The notes under the pieces were generated by a model that was not told the DNA's origin, searched no databases, and worked only from the letters and a program-made list of their open reading frames with translations. Positions 20,943-34,230 of a stretch of 64,000 bases of DNA are shown in pieces. The DNA comes from the human T2T-CHM13v2.0 reference genome, Homo sapiens: assembly GCF_009914755.1 (NCBI RefSeq), contig NC_060931.1; one strand, 5' to 3'. Within the stretch, counting starts at the first letter, position 1. Every line of letters starts with the position of its first letter. Position numbers and translations under genes: made by a program.

Positions 20943-21249
20943 TTTTTGTTTGTTTGTTTTTTTCTTTTTGAGACTGGGTCTCACTCTGTTGCCCAGGCTG
21001 GAGTACAGTGGTGTGATCATGGCTTACTGCAGCCTGGACCTCCCGGCTCAGGAGATCCTCCCACCTTAGCCTCCCAAGTAGCTGGAACCACAGGCACATG
21101 GCACCATGCCCAGCTAATTTTTAAATTTTTTGTAGAGATGGGGTCTCCCTATGTTTCCTGAGCTGATCTCAAACTCCTAGGCCCAAGAGATCCCCCTGGC
21201 TTGGCCTCCCAAACTGCTAGGATTAAGGCATAAACCACTATGCCTGTCA
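20943..21249 (-). mobile_element. AluJ
   Basis: J diagnostics 'gatcatggcttactgcagcc' and 'gatcctcccacc'; TSD TAAATCTGTA at 20931-20940 and 21250-21259. Confidence 0.92.
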
Positions 21250-21440
21250 TAAATCTGTAAGTTTTTATAAGAAGGATTGAACCCCATAATATTAGATGTA
21301 AAAGAAACCAATAATTTATCATAACGCAGTCTTGTAAAGAATTAAAAGCAAGTATAGGCATATTTTTAAATGTACTATTGAGATAAAATGCTGAAATTCA
21401 GGTCTTTTTTTCTCTGAGTGGACAGAAATCACACTTATAA

Positions 21441-21798
<358 letters not shown>

Positions 21799-21879
21799 CA
21801 TTCTAATTTTTCTTAGATAGTTATAAAGACCTCACGCACAAGAGGGATATCCTCGTAAGTAGTGTTCAGTGTTGTGTAA

Positions 21880-22370
21880 CTAGCTTTTCAAAATATGACC
21901 AATAACCATTAAAAAAAAATGAATGTATTGACAAAATAACCTCCTTGGGAAACTGTTCTATAAAAATGAAACTACTGAGATGTAAGGACAAAGATAAAAG
22001 CATATTTGTTACAGCATATTTTTTTAACCAAGTATCTACAGGAAAATGGGAAAACTACTATTTATGTACCAGAATTATGGTACATCTCTACTAAGGAATA
22101 TTATGTTGTTAAATCTGTTTATAAAGTGCTACATATAAGTACATGTGTGTATACATGCTTGTATGAGCATAGATACGTGTGTTGAAGGATATATCCAAAA
22201 GTATTAAAACCTGTTACTGTTACTTGGGGGTCAAGGGGATGGGAGTCAGAAAGCAAGAGATTACAAACATGTTTTTACACACTTCTTTATTTACTTGTTC
22301 ACAATATGCATAACTGTTTTGTAACTAAAGAAACCTTTTTAAAAAATTGAAAGAAAGAGAAAAAAAAGAA
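21880..22370 (+). mobile_element. L1ME-type 3' end
   Basis: Degraded L1M 3'UTR ending in an A-rich tail at ~22340-22372. Confidence 0.55.
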
Positions 22371-24689
22371 ATAATGAAGTTACCATTAACTACTTACTTC
22401 AGGAAAAATATAGAAGCTTCTTATCTGGTAGTTGCTGTTAATTCCCCCTCCCCCATCCTAAGGATTAGACATTAAATTAGTTTCATTTTGAGATAATTGC
22501 AGATTCACATGAAGCTGTAAGAAAATGCAGAGATCCTGTGAACTCTTTACACAGTTTCTCCCAATGGTAACATCTTTTATTTTAATTTCAATGTGTTTTC
22601 TATCTTGAAACTTTGCTGAATTCATTTATCACTTCTAGGAGGTTTTTGGATGAGTCTTTAGGGTTTTCTAGGTATACAATCATATCATCAGCAAACAGTG
22701 ACAGTCTGACTTCCTCTTTACCAAACTGGGTGCCTTTTGTTTGTTTCTGTTGTCTGATTGCTCTGGCTAGGACTTTCAGTACTATGCTCAATAGAAGTGG
22801 TAATAGTGGCCATCCTTGTCTTGTTCCAATTCTCAGGGGGAATGCTTTCAACTTTTCCCCATTCAGTATAAGGTTAGCTGTGGGTTTGTCATACATAGCT
22901 TTTATTACCTTAAGATATGTCCCTTCTATGCTGATTTTGCTGAGGATTTTAATCACAATGGGATGCTGGATTTTGTTAAATGTCTTTTCTGCACCTATTG
23001 AGATGATCATGTGATTTTTGTTTTTGACTCTGTTTATGTGGTGTATCACATTTATTGACTTATGGATGTTAAACCATCCTTGCATCCCTGGTATGAAACC
23101 CACTTGATCATGGTGGATTATCTTTTTGACATGCTGTTGGATTCGGTTAACTAGTATTTTGTTGAGGATTTTGCATCTGTGTTCATCAGGGATATTGGTC
23201 AATAGTTTTCTTTTTGTAATGTCCTTCCCAGGTTTTGGTATTGGTGTGATACTGGCTTCATAGAATGATTTAGGGAGGATTCCATCTTTCTCTATCTTTT
23301 GGAATAGTGTCCATCTTTCTCTATCTTTTGAAATAGTGTCAGTAGGATTGGTACCAATTCTTCTTTGAATGTCTGACAAAATTCAGTTGTGTATCTGTCT
23401 GATCATGGACTTTTTTGTTGGCATTTTTTTTTATTACCATTTTAATCTTGCTGCTTGTTACTGGTCTGTTCAGAGTTTCTATTTCTTCCTGGTTTAATCT
23501 AGGAGGGTTGTGTATTTCCAGGAATGTACCCATCTCCTCTAGGTTTTCTAGTTTATGCACATCAAGGTGTTCATAGTAGCCTTGAATGATCTTTTGTATT
23601 TCTGTAGTATCGGTTGTAATATCTCCCATTTCATTTCTAATTGAGCTTATTTGGATCTTCTCTCTTCTTTTCTTGGTTAATCTTACTAATGATCTATTGA
23701 TTTTACTTATCTCTTCAAATAACCTGCTCATTGTTTCTTTGATTTTTTGTTTCAATTTCATTTAATTCTGCTCTGATCTTTTTTATTTCTTTTCTTCTGC
23801 TGGGTTTGGCTTTGGTTTGTTCTTGTTTCTCTAGTTCCTTGAGGTGTGACCTTAGATTGTCTATTTGTGCTCTCTCAGACTTTTTGATGTAGGCATTTAA
23901 TGCTATGAAGTTTCCTCTTAGCACTGCTTTTGCTTTATCACAAGGGTTGTATCATGATTATCATTCAGTTCAAAAAATTTTTAAATGTCCACCTTGATTT
24001 CATTGTTGACCCAGTGATCATGCAGGAGCAGGTTATTTAATTTTCATGTATTTGCATAGTTTTGAGGGTTCCTTTTGGAGTTCATTTCAAATTTTATTTC
24101 ACTGTAGTCTGAGAGAGTATTTGATAGAATTTTAATTCTCTTAAATTTATTGAGAGATTTTTGTGGCCTATCATATGGTCTATCATGGAGAATGTTCCAA
24201 GTGCTGATGAATAGAATGTGTATTCTGCAGTTGTTGGGTAGAACGTTCTATAAATATCTCTTAAGTTCACTTATTCTAGGTAATAGTCCATTGTTTCTTT
24301 GTTGACTTTCTGTCTTGATGATCTGTCTAGTGCTGTCAGTAGAGTATTGAAGTCCCCCCACTATTATTGTACGGCTGTCTATTCCATTTCTTAGGTCTAG
24401 TACTAATTGTTTTATAAATTTGGGTGATCCAGTGTTAGGTGCAAATATATTTAGGATTTTGATATTTTTCTCTTGGAGAAGTTCCTTAATCTTTATATAA
24501 TGTCCCTTTTTTTTTTTGTAACATCTGTTGCTTTAAAGTTGGTTTTGTCTGATATAAGAATACTTACCCCTGCTCACCTTTGGTGTCCATTTGCATGCAA
24601 TATCTTTTTTCACCATTTTACCTTATACTACTTTATATCAGTCATTATGTGATAGTTGAATCTCTTGAAGATACCAAATGCTTAGTTGG

Positions 24690-26256
24690 TGTATTAGTCT
24701 GTTTTCATACTGTTATAAAGAACTGGCTGAGACTGGATAATTTATAAAGGAAAGAAGTTTAATTGACTCACAGTTCGGTGTGACTGGGGAGGCCTCAGGA
24801 AACTTACAATCATGGCAGAAGGTGAAGGGGAAGCTGGCACCTTCTTCACAAGGCCGCAGAAAGGAAAAGCTCTGAGCAAAGGAGGAAGAGCCACTTATAA
24901 AACCATCATATCTCTTGAGAACTCACTCACTATCATGAGAATGGCATGGGGGAACCACCCCCATGATTCAGTTATCTCTTCCCATGATTTTGGGAATTAC
25001 AATTCAAGATGAGATTTGGGTGGGGACACAAAGCCTAACCATATTATTCAGTCCCTACTCCCCCCACCAATCTCATGTCCCTTTCACATTTCAAAATCAA
25101 TCTTGCCTTCCCAACAGTCCCATGAAGTCTTCATTCATTCTAGCAATAAACCAAAAGTCCAAGTCCAAAATCTCATATAAGACGAGGCAAGTCCCTTTCA
25201 CTTATGAGCCTGTAAAATCAAAAGCAAGTTAGTTACTTCCTAGATACAATGGGGATACAGGCATTGCATAAATGCACCCTTCCAAAGGGGAGAAATTTAT
25301 CAAAACAAAGGTGCTATAGGCCCCACAAGCAATTCCAAAATCCAACAGGGCAGTCAAATCTTAAAGCTCCAAAATGATTTCCTTTGACTCCATGTCTCAC
25401 AGTCAGGTGATGCTGTTGTAAGAGGTGGCCTCCCCATGGCCCTGGGCAGCTCCATCCCTTTAGCTTCGCAGGGTACAGTCCCCCTCCTGGCTGCTTTCAC
25501 AGGCTGGCATTGAGTATCTGCAGGTTTTCAAGGGGCATGGTGCAAGCTGTTGGTGCATCTACCATCCTGGGGTCTGGAGGATTGTGGCCTTCTTTTCACA
25601 GCTCCACTAGGCAGTGCTCATGTGGGGACTCTGTGTGGGGGATACAACCCTACATTTCCCTTTCTCATTGCCCTAGCAGAGGTTCTCTATGAGGGCTCTG
25701 CCCCTGCAGCACACCTCTGCCTCCACATCCAGGCATTTCCATACATCCTCTGAAATCTAGGAGAAGGTCCCGAACCTTAATTCTGGTCTTCTGTACACCT
25801 GCAGGACCAACACCATGTGGAAGCTGCCAAGGTTTGGGATTTGCACCCTTTGAAGCAATGATCTGAGCTGTACCCTGGCCCCTTTTAGCCACAGCTGGAG
25901 AAGCTGGGACACAGGGCACCAAGTCCTGAGGCTGCACATAGCAGGGGGGCTCTAGACCTGGCACAGGAATCCATTTTTCCCTCCTAGGCCCCTGTGATGG
26001 GAAGGCTGCTGTGGAGGTCTCTGACATGCCCTGGGGACATTCTTTTTCCATTGTCTTTCATTGCCGCAAGATGGAGTGAGTGCAAGCAGAGGAAATGCCA
26101 GATGCTTATAAAACCATCAAATCCCATGAGACTTACTCACTGTCAAGAGACAGAATGGGGAAATGCACACCCATGATCCCACCCTCGACATATGGGGGTT
26201 TGGGGACTATAATTCAAGATGAGATTTTTGGGTGAAGACACAGCCAAACCATATCA
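24690..26256 (-). mobile_element. THE1 (MaLR) provirus: THE1D-like LTR 24690-25046, internal 25047-~26056, partial LTR ~26057-26256
   Basis: Termini tgtattagtc...aaccatatca; 5-bp TSD GTTGG at 24685-24689 and 26257-26261; host L1PB sequence is contiguous across the insertion. Confidence 0.93.
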
Positions 26257-26691
26257 GTTGGTGAATTCTTATCCATTCCGCCATTTCATATCTTTTAAAT
26301 GGAGCATTTAGGCCATTTACATTCAATGTTGGTATTGAGATGTGAGGTACTATTCAATTTCTCATGCTAGTTATTGCCTAAATACCTTTTTTTCATTGTG
26401 TTATTGTTTTATAGGTTCTGTGAGATTTATGCTTTAGGGAGGTTCTATTTTGGTGTATTTCCAGGATGGGTTTTCAGATTTACAGCTCCTTTTAGCACTT
26501 CTTGTAGGGCTGGCTTGGTAGTGGTGAATCTCTCAGCATTTATTTGAAAAAGACTGTATTTTTCCTTCATTTATGAAGCTTAGTTTTGCTGGATACAAAA
26601 TTCTTGGCTGCTAATTGTTTCATTTAAGGCTAAAGAAAGGACCACAATCCCTTCTAGTTGGTAAGTTTTGTGCTGAGAAATCTGCTGTTAA

Positions 26692-27003
<312 letters not shown>

Positions 27004-29929
27004 AGGTTTTCCTTTATAGGTAATGCTTTTGCCTCATAGTTCTTAAGATTCTTTCCTTCATCCTGACATTAGATAACCTGATGACTATGTGCCTAGGTGA
27101 CGATCTTTTTTGTGATGAGTTTCCCAGGTGTTCTTTGAGCTTCTTGTATTTGGATGTCTAGATCTCTGGCATGCCCAGGGACATTTTTCTCAATTATTTC
27201 CTCAAATACGTTTTCCAAACTTTTAGATTTCTCTTCTTCCTTGAGCACACCAATTATTCTTAAGTTTGGTCGCTTAACATAATCCCAAAATTCTTGGAGA
27301 CTTTGTTCATTTTTTTAAAATTCTTTTTTCTTTGTCTTGTTGGATTGGGTTAATTTGAAAGCCTTGTCTTTGATCTCTGAATTTCTTTCTTCTACTTGTT
27401 CAATTATATTCCTGAGACTTTCCAGTGTATTTTGCATTTCTCGAAATGTGTCCTGAATTTATAGATGTTGTGATCGTTTTTTATTTATGGTCTCTATTTC
27501 TCCAGAGATTTTTTCATCTATATCCTGTAACATTTTTAAACTAATTTCTTTAAGTTGGTATTCATCTTTCTCTGGTGCCTCCTTGAGAAGCTTAATAATC
27601 AACCCTCTGAATTCTCTTTCTGGCAATTTAGAGACTGCTTTGTTTGGATCCATTGCTGGTGAACTAGTGTGATCTTTTGGGGGTGTTAATAAGCCTTGTT
27701 TTGTCATATTACCAGCGTTGTTTCTCTGGTTCCTCCTCATTTGGGTAGACTATGTCAGAGCTAAGATCTAGAGCTCAAGGGCTGCTGTTCAGATTCTTTT
27801 GTCCCATGGGGTGGTCCCTCGATGTGCTGCTCTTTCCTGTTCCCTAGGGATGGGGCTTCCTGAGAGTTGAATCACAGTGACTGTTATTTCTCTTCAGGAT
27901 CTAGCTACCCAATGGAGCTACCACGCTCTGGGTTGGGACTGTGGAGTGTCTGCAAAGAGTCCTGTGATGTGATCTGTCTTCAGGTCTGTCAGCCATGGAT
28001 ACCAGCACCTGCTCCTGCAGAGGTAGCAGGGGAGTGAAGTGGACTCTGTTAGGGTTCTTGGTTGTATCTTTGTTTAGTATGCTAGTTTTGTGTTAGCTGG
28101 CCTCCAGCAAGGATGTGGCACTTTCAAAAGAACATCAGCTGTGGTGGTATAGGGAGGATACCAGCTTGCCCTAGGTCATCTGAATAAGTATTTGGGTTTC
28201 TCATGTAGTGGACAGGGCCATAGAGCTCCCAAAAGATTATGTTCTTTGTCTTTGGCTACCAGGACAGGCAGAGAAAGACCATCAGGTGGGGTCTGGGTTA
28301 GATGTGTCTGAGCTCAGACTCTCCTTGAGCGGGGCTTGCTGCAGCTGCTGTGAGGAATGGGGGTGTGGCTCCCAGGTCAATGGAGTTATGTTCCCAGTGG
28401 GATTATGGCTGCCTCTGCTGTGTCATACAGGCCACCAGGAAAGTGGGGAAATCTGGCAGTGACAGGTCTCACCCAGCTCACATGCAGTCTGAAAGGCTAG
28501 TTGCACTGCCATCATGCTCCACCACAGCCCAATGGCACCACGTTTATTTTCAGGCAGCTGGTGAGCAGGGCTGAGAACCTACCTCAGGCTACAAGCCTCC
28601 TCTCTGAGAAAGCAAGCAAAGCTTTTACATTTTGTACCTCCCTGCCTGCCATGCCTTCTGTGCTCATATCAAACTCCAGGTTTGCCCCCTCCCCCAGGTT
28701 CTATCCAGGAAACTTCGTGTTCAATCAAAATTGTTACAAAGTTCAGCTGGAAGTTTCCATCTCCCTGTGGTCTTTCCCCAGTTTCAATGGCAGACCCCCT
28801 CCCCTCACCCCCAAGTACCTCTGTGAGACAAAGTCAGAATGGCTTCTTGGGGACCAAGAGTACCCACAGGGCTTTTCCTGCTGTTTTCTCTACCCCTATA
28901 TTTCACTTTCACTAAATTTGTCTCAGCTCCAGGTGAGGTCAAATAACATTTTTTCAGAATTCCACAGCTATACATGTACCTATGTAGATGTGTGTGTATT
29001 TATTTCTGTGCAATTTTATCACTTATGTAGATTCCTTTGTCTATCTCTGCAGTCAAAATACAAAGGAGTTTCAACTGCTCAAGTATCCCTTATGGCTCTT
29101 TTATAACAGCATTTACCTCTCTCACCTGCCTTGTCCCTAACCGCTGGCAACTACTGTTCTCTTATTCGCGTCTATAATTTTGTCATCTCAAGAATGTTAT
29201 ACAAATGGAAACATCTATTATGTAACCATTTGGGATTGGCCTTTTCTTCTTAGCATAATTATCTAAAGATTAATTAAAGATATTCATTGTATCAGTAGTT
29301 TATCTGTTTTTATTGTTGAGTAGTATTCCATGGTATTGAAGGACATATGGATAGTTTTCAGTTTTTGCCTATTATTAATAAAGCAGCTATGAACATTTGT
29401 GTACAGGTTTTTGTGTGATCACAAGTTTTTATTTCTCTGTGATAAATGTCTGGGAGTGCAATTGCTGGGTGACATGTTAGATGTCTCCTTAGTTTTTTTT
29501 AGAAAGAATTTCAGACTGTTTTCCAGAGTGACTGTATCATGTTGCATTCTTACCAGCAATGTACGGGTAATATAGTTTCTTCGCTTTCTTTTAGCATTTG
29601 GTATGGGCACTATTTTGTTGTTGTTGTTGTTGTTTCAGCCATTATTATAGGTACTCAGTGTGTTTTTAAGGTTATGTGATGAAACAAAACTCATTACAAA
29701 TTCTCGCTTTGAGGATTCTTTGTCTCTCTATAAGATGAAATCATTCAAATCTTCAGTGAATTTTGAAGATTGAAGGAATCTTAAAAAAAGATTTTTGTAC
29801 CAGAAGTTATGTAAATATCTAAAGAAGAATTTCAGTTCCTCCTATTTTCTGAGTCTTCCCTGAAAAACCAAAGACACATATAACTGCTACTGAATCAAGT
29901 AAAAAAGTGATAAAATTCCGATTCCTTTA

Positions 29930-30055
29930 ACAAACTCAGCAAATATTTGTTGACTGCCTAATAGGTGACAAACACTATTCTAGTTGCTGATGCTATAGCA
30001 ATAATTAAAAACAATAAAGCTTCTGCTTCAGTGCAGCTTACATTCCAGTGATTTG
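29930..30055 (-). mobile_element. L2 3' terminus
   Basis: 'cagcaaatatttgttgactgcctaataggtg...gcagcttacattccag'. Confidence 0.7.
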
Positions 30056-31235
30056 GGGCATTTTGTTTCGGGGAACCTAATAAATAACACTCCCTTATCT
30101 CCAAGGTGATTTGAAAACAACTGATAGGCACTAGAAAACTGTAGATGGAAACAGATCCCTAATGGCTGACAAAACTGTTTGTAGAATATGGCTCAGGTTA
30201 GTGGAAATAATAAGCTTCGTAATACTATACCTACTTACAAGCAGAATTATCTGCATGGGCACAAGAAATGCCAGAAAGGCACAGGCCACACAAAATACTG
30301 CTTATCGGAAACTGCTGGTGCATATGCTCTGTGAGGTAGGCATGTTCCAAAGATTAGATTCTGAAATGCTGGGGCACACATTCCTAGGTTCTTCATAACT
30401 TCATCCTCCAGAAAAAAAGGGGGAATAATGATTGGACCAGGAAAGAGGCCTGGATTTTAGTCTGAAGAAACCTCCCTCACAGAGAAATAGAAGGACTGAG
30501 GAATGAAAATTCTCCAATTATTGTTATCAATTATTTTACACTAAGGTTAAAAAAAAGTTGAAATGATGCTGCCACATTTAACCCTTCAATCTGTTATATG
30601 GTTATATGGCTTCTATTCTGGAATATTGTCACTATTTGTAGATGACATAGTTTTTTCTTAAATACAAATACAAGGCCTACTTTGGAGGTTGACAAAGAGG
30701 AATATGAAGAAATACAATAAGAGTAGCCATATGTTACAAATTATACATATATTTACTTAAATTATGTAATAGTTTTGGGGATTGGAGAAGTACAATAAAT
30801 ATTACTCTTATTTTCCTTCTGAGTTTGAAACCAATTTAGAGATAGACAAAAAACTTTCAAGCAGATGGATATCAAAATATGAGCTTACTGCAGACAAATG
30901 GTGTATTGCAGGATATGGCAACAATGAGATTTCTAATACTGAACATTGGAATTAGGCTTACCTATCAAGTTACAGACAGCATTAAACAGCACTTCTTCAG
31001 ATGAGAGTGCTTGTTTTGTAAAATTTGTGGCTTGGAGGAGTAAACCAGAATGCATACTCTCGGCAGGCCGGTGTATTAGTCAGGGTTCTCTAGAGAGACA
31101 GAACTAATAGGATACGTGTATATATGAAGGGGAGTTAATTAGGAAGAATTAACTCACACAGTCACAAGGTGAAGTCCCATGATAGGCCGTCTGCAAGCTG
31201 AGGGGCAAGTCCGAGTCCCAAAACCTCAATAGTAG

Positions 31236-32900
31236 TGAGAGGTGACAGCGTGCTGGCAGTCCTCAGAGCCCTCGCTTGCTCTCGGCACCTCCCCTGCCTG
31301 CGCTCCCACTTTGGCGGCATTTGAGGAGCCCTTCAGCCCCCCACTGCACTGTGGGAGCCCCTTTCTGGGCTGGCCAGGGCTGGAGCCCACTCTCTCAGCT
31401 CGCAGGGAGGTGTGGAGGGAGAGGCACGAGCGGGAACCGGGGCTGCGTGCGGCGCTTGCCGGCCAGCTGGAGTTCCGGGTGGGCGTGGGCTTGGCGGGCC
31501 CCGCACTCGGAGCAGCCAGCCAGCCCTGCTGGCCCCGGGCAATGAGGGACTTAGCACCGGGGCCAGTGGCTGCGGAGGGTGTACTGGGTCCCCCAGCAGT
31601 GCCGGCCCACCTGCGCTGCGCTCGATTTCTCGCCGGGCCTTAGCTGCCTTCCCACGGGGCAGGGCTCGGGACCTGCAGCCCGCCATGCCTGAGCCTCCCA
31701 CCCACTCCATGGGCTCCTGTGCGGCCCGAGCCTCCCCAGCGAGCACCACCCCCTGCTCCATGGCGCCCAGTCCCATCGATCACTGAAGGGCTGAGGAATG
31801 CGAGCGCACGGCCCAGGACTGGCAGGCAGCTCCACCTGCAGCCCAGGTGCGGGATCCACTAGGTGAAGCCAGCTGGGCTCCTGAGTCTAGTGGGGACGTG
31901 GACAGTCTTTATGTCTAGCTCAGGGATTGTAAACACAGCAATCAGCACCCTGTATTTAGCTCAAGGTTTGTGAGTGCACCAATCGACACTCTATCTAGCT
32001 GCTCTGGTGGGGCCTTGGAGAACCTTTATGTCTAGCTCAGGGATTGTAAATACACCAATCAGCACCCTGTGTTTAGCTCAAGATTTGTGAGTGCACCAAT
32101 CGACACTCTGTATCTAGCTGCTGTGGTGGGGACGTGGAGAACCTTTATGTCTAGCTCAGGGATTGTAAATACACCAATCGGCACTCTGTATCTAGCTCAA
32201 GGTTTGTAAACACACCAATCAGCACCCTGTGTTTAGCTCAAGGTTTGTGAATGCACCAATGGACACTCTGTATCTAGCTGCTCTGGTGGGGCCTTGGAGA
32301 ACCAGTGTGTCAAAACTCTGCATCTAACTAATCTGATGGGGACGTGGAGAACCTTTGTAACTAGCTCAGGGATTGTAAAGACACCAATCTGGCCCTGACA
32401 AAACAGGCCACTGGGCTCTACCAATCAGCAGGATGTGGGTGGGGCCAGATAAAAGAATAAAAGCAGGCTGCCCGAGCCAGCATTGGCAACCCGCTCGGGT
32501 CCCCTTCCACAACGTGGAAGCTTTGTTCTTTCGCTCTTTGCAATAAATCTTGCTACTGCTCACTCTTTGGGTCCTCGCTGCTTTTATGAGCTGTAACACT
32601 CACCGCAAAGATCTGCAGCTTCACTCCTGAGCCCAGGGAGACCACGAGCCCACCGGGAGGAATGAACAACTCCAGACGCGCTGCCTTAAGAGCTGTAACA
32701 CTCACCACGAAGGTCTGCAGCTTCACTCCTGAGCCAGCGAGACCACGAACCCACCAGAAGGAAGAAACTCTGAACACATCTGAACATCAGAAGGGACAGA
32801 CTCCAGACGCGCCACCTTAAGAGCTGTGACACTCACCGCGAGGGTCTGCGGCTTCATTCTTGAAGTCAGTGAGATCAAGAACCCACCAGTTCCGGACATA
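31236..32900 (+). mobile_element. LTR12C (ERV9) solo LTR, full length (1665 bp)
   Basis: Starts 'tgagaggtgacagcgtgctggcagtcctc', ends 'ttccggacata'; 4-bp TSD GTAG at 31232-31235 and 32901-32904; CpG-rich U3. Confidence 0.96.
31910..32470 (+). promoter_or_regulatory. LTR12C tandem CCAAT (NF-Y) enhancer repeats and core promoter
   Basis: Eight intact CCAAT at 31979, 32055, 32096, 32174, 32215, 32256, 32384 and 32421; GT-box 32437-32444; AGATAA 32447-32452; TATA-like AATAAAA 32456-32462; LTR poly-A signal at 32542-32547. Confidence 0.8.
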
Positions 32901-33574
32901 GTAGGGAAACAGACAATGCAGCCTTCAGTAGGGGGCCAAAGGGTGGAGAACCCCTAGCAAACCACTGGTGTAAGTCTAAGAGTATAAAAGCTGAAGAACT
33001 TGGAGTCTGATGTTTGAGAGCCGGAAGCATCCAGCACAGGAGAAAGATGGAGGCCAGAAGACTCAGCAAGTTAGCTATTTCCACCTTCTTTTGCCTGCTT
33101 TATTTCTAGCTGCACTGACTCAAATGTTAATCTGTTCTGGCAACACCCAGAAACACCCAGATACAAACAGAAACAATAATTTGCATCCTTCAGTCCAATC
33201 AAGTTGACACTTAATGTTAACCATCATGGCAGTGAACTTCTCAGAAGGGGGAAACATGTAAGGGATGAGCCATGCAGATTCCATTCCTTGTTCCACATTT
33301 TGTCAATCAGATATATTTCTCTGCCTCTTTCTCTTCTCCCAGTGAAATGGAGAGAGATCAAAAATGCTCAGGGGAAATCCCTCTGCAAGGAAATTTGAAA
33401 AGTGGGGAATAAATATTTCTTTCTAACAGTGCATAACTTAAAACTCATTGCTGGGGAAACTTAGTGACTGTATGTCTTTTTATGAGTAAAATAAATAACT
33501 AAACTAGAGCATAGGATATTAGAAATAATGTTTGAGGAAGTATGAAGAAAAAGGACAAGAAATGTATACCACAG

Positions 33575-33610
33575 GTGTGTGTGTGTGTGTGTGCGCTTGT
33601 GTGCGTGCAC
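33575..33610. repeat. (GT)n microsatellite
   Basis: Directly visible. Confidence 0.9.
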
Positions 33611-34051
33611 GGGTTTGTCAAAAATTATGGTAATATTGCTGAAGCCCTTTGTGGTCTGCATACATGGAAGAAAATACTGTTGTTTATGCCATTCAATCCA
33701 TATATGTATTTGATAAATTTTAAGTTTATAAAGTCTGAAATTATAACAACTTTGTGAAGTTTTCATAAACTAATTAAATGTAAATTTCATAGGTGATAAT
33801 TTATGAAGGATTAGTAAGATTTGCGACATGTCAAGCAGCAATGAAACGAGGAATATTAGAAATAGTATATTTTGCCTTGTGTTTTTTCTATCACTTGTTA
33901 GAATCCAATATACACATTCCTTTCTTTCTAATCTCTGACAAGCAAGCTAGTATTAATTAATTGTATCATTATAGACTGGTGACGTTTAGGCTTCACCAAC
34001 TTTTCCAAAGGAGAAAAAAATGTCGATAGCCCTTTGTGAGACATCAAATTT

Positions 34052-34230
34052 TAGAGTATCTCAGTCACAAATGTGCATAGGAGTCATCCTTGAAACTTGT
34101 TGAAAATGGATAATACCAACTCCCAACCTAAAATATTCTGATTCAATTGATCTAAGCTGGGGCCATGAAATCTGCCTCACATTAGCGTATTGACGTAAGC
34201 AAATCTTGGACTACACTCTTAAAAACTGCC
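34052..34230. mobile_element. MER5-like hAT-Charlie MITE
   Basis: 'gtgcataggagtcatccttgaaacttgttgaaaat...attctgattcaattgatctaagctggggcc...gactacactctt' follows the MER5 layout. Confidence 0.6.

Larger units (their letters stand above)
31072..33228 (-). mobile_element. MLT2A2-like (HERV-L) solo LTR split by LTR12C
   Basis: 'tgtattagtcagggttctctagagagacagaac...' and '...ccaatcaagttgacacttaatgttaaccatca'; continuous across the LTR12C. Confidence 0.9.

Noticed and set aside
22600-23379. Longest ORF (259 aa) with an RT motif (FADD) as a novel reverse transcriptase gene
   Set aside because: It is a frameshifted fragment of L1PB ORF2 with an artefactual N-terminus and truncated C-terminus
28501-29106. 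201-aa ORF
   Set aside because: Antisense to the L1PB 5'UTR and crosses into an unrelated L1MC; non-ATG start; chance open frame
30162-30398. 78-aa ATG-initiated ORF in unique sequence with a hydrophobic N-terminal stretch
   Set aside because: No recognisable homology and no convincing acceptor or promoter context; size within chance expectation
31242-31859. Five overlapping GC-rich ORFs / apparent CpG-island gene
   Set aside because: All lie in the LTR12C U3 region, where high GC suppresses stop codons; no protein similarity recognised
31910-32400. Regularly spaced ~40-bp repeats resembling a CRISPR array
   Set aside because: These are the known ERV9/LTR12 enhancer repeats; there are no unique spacers or cas genes and the context is eukaryotic
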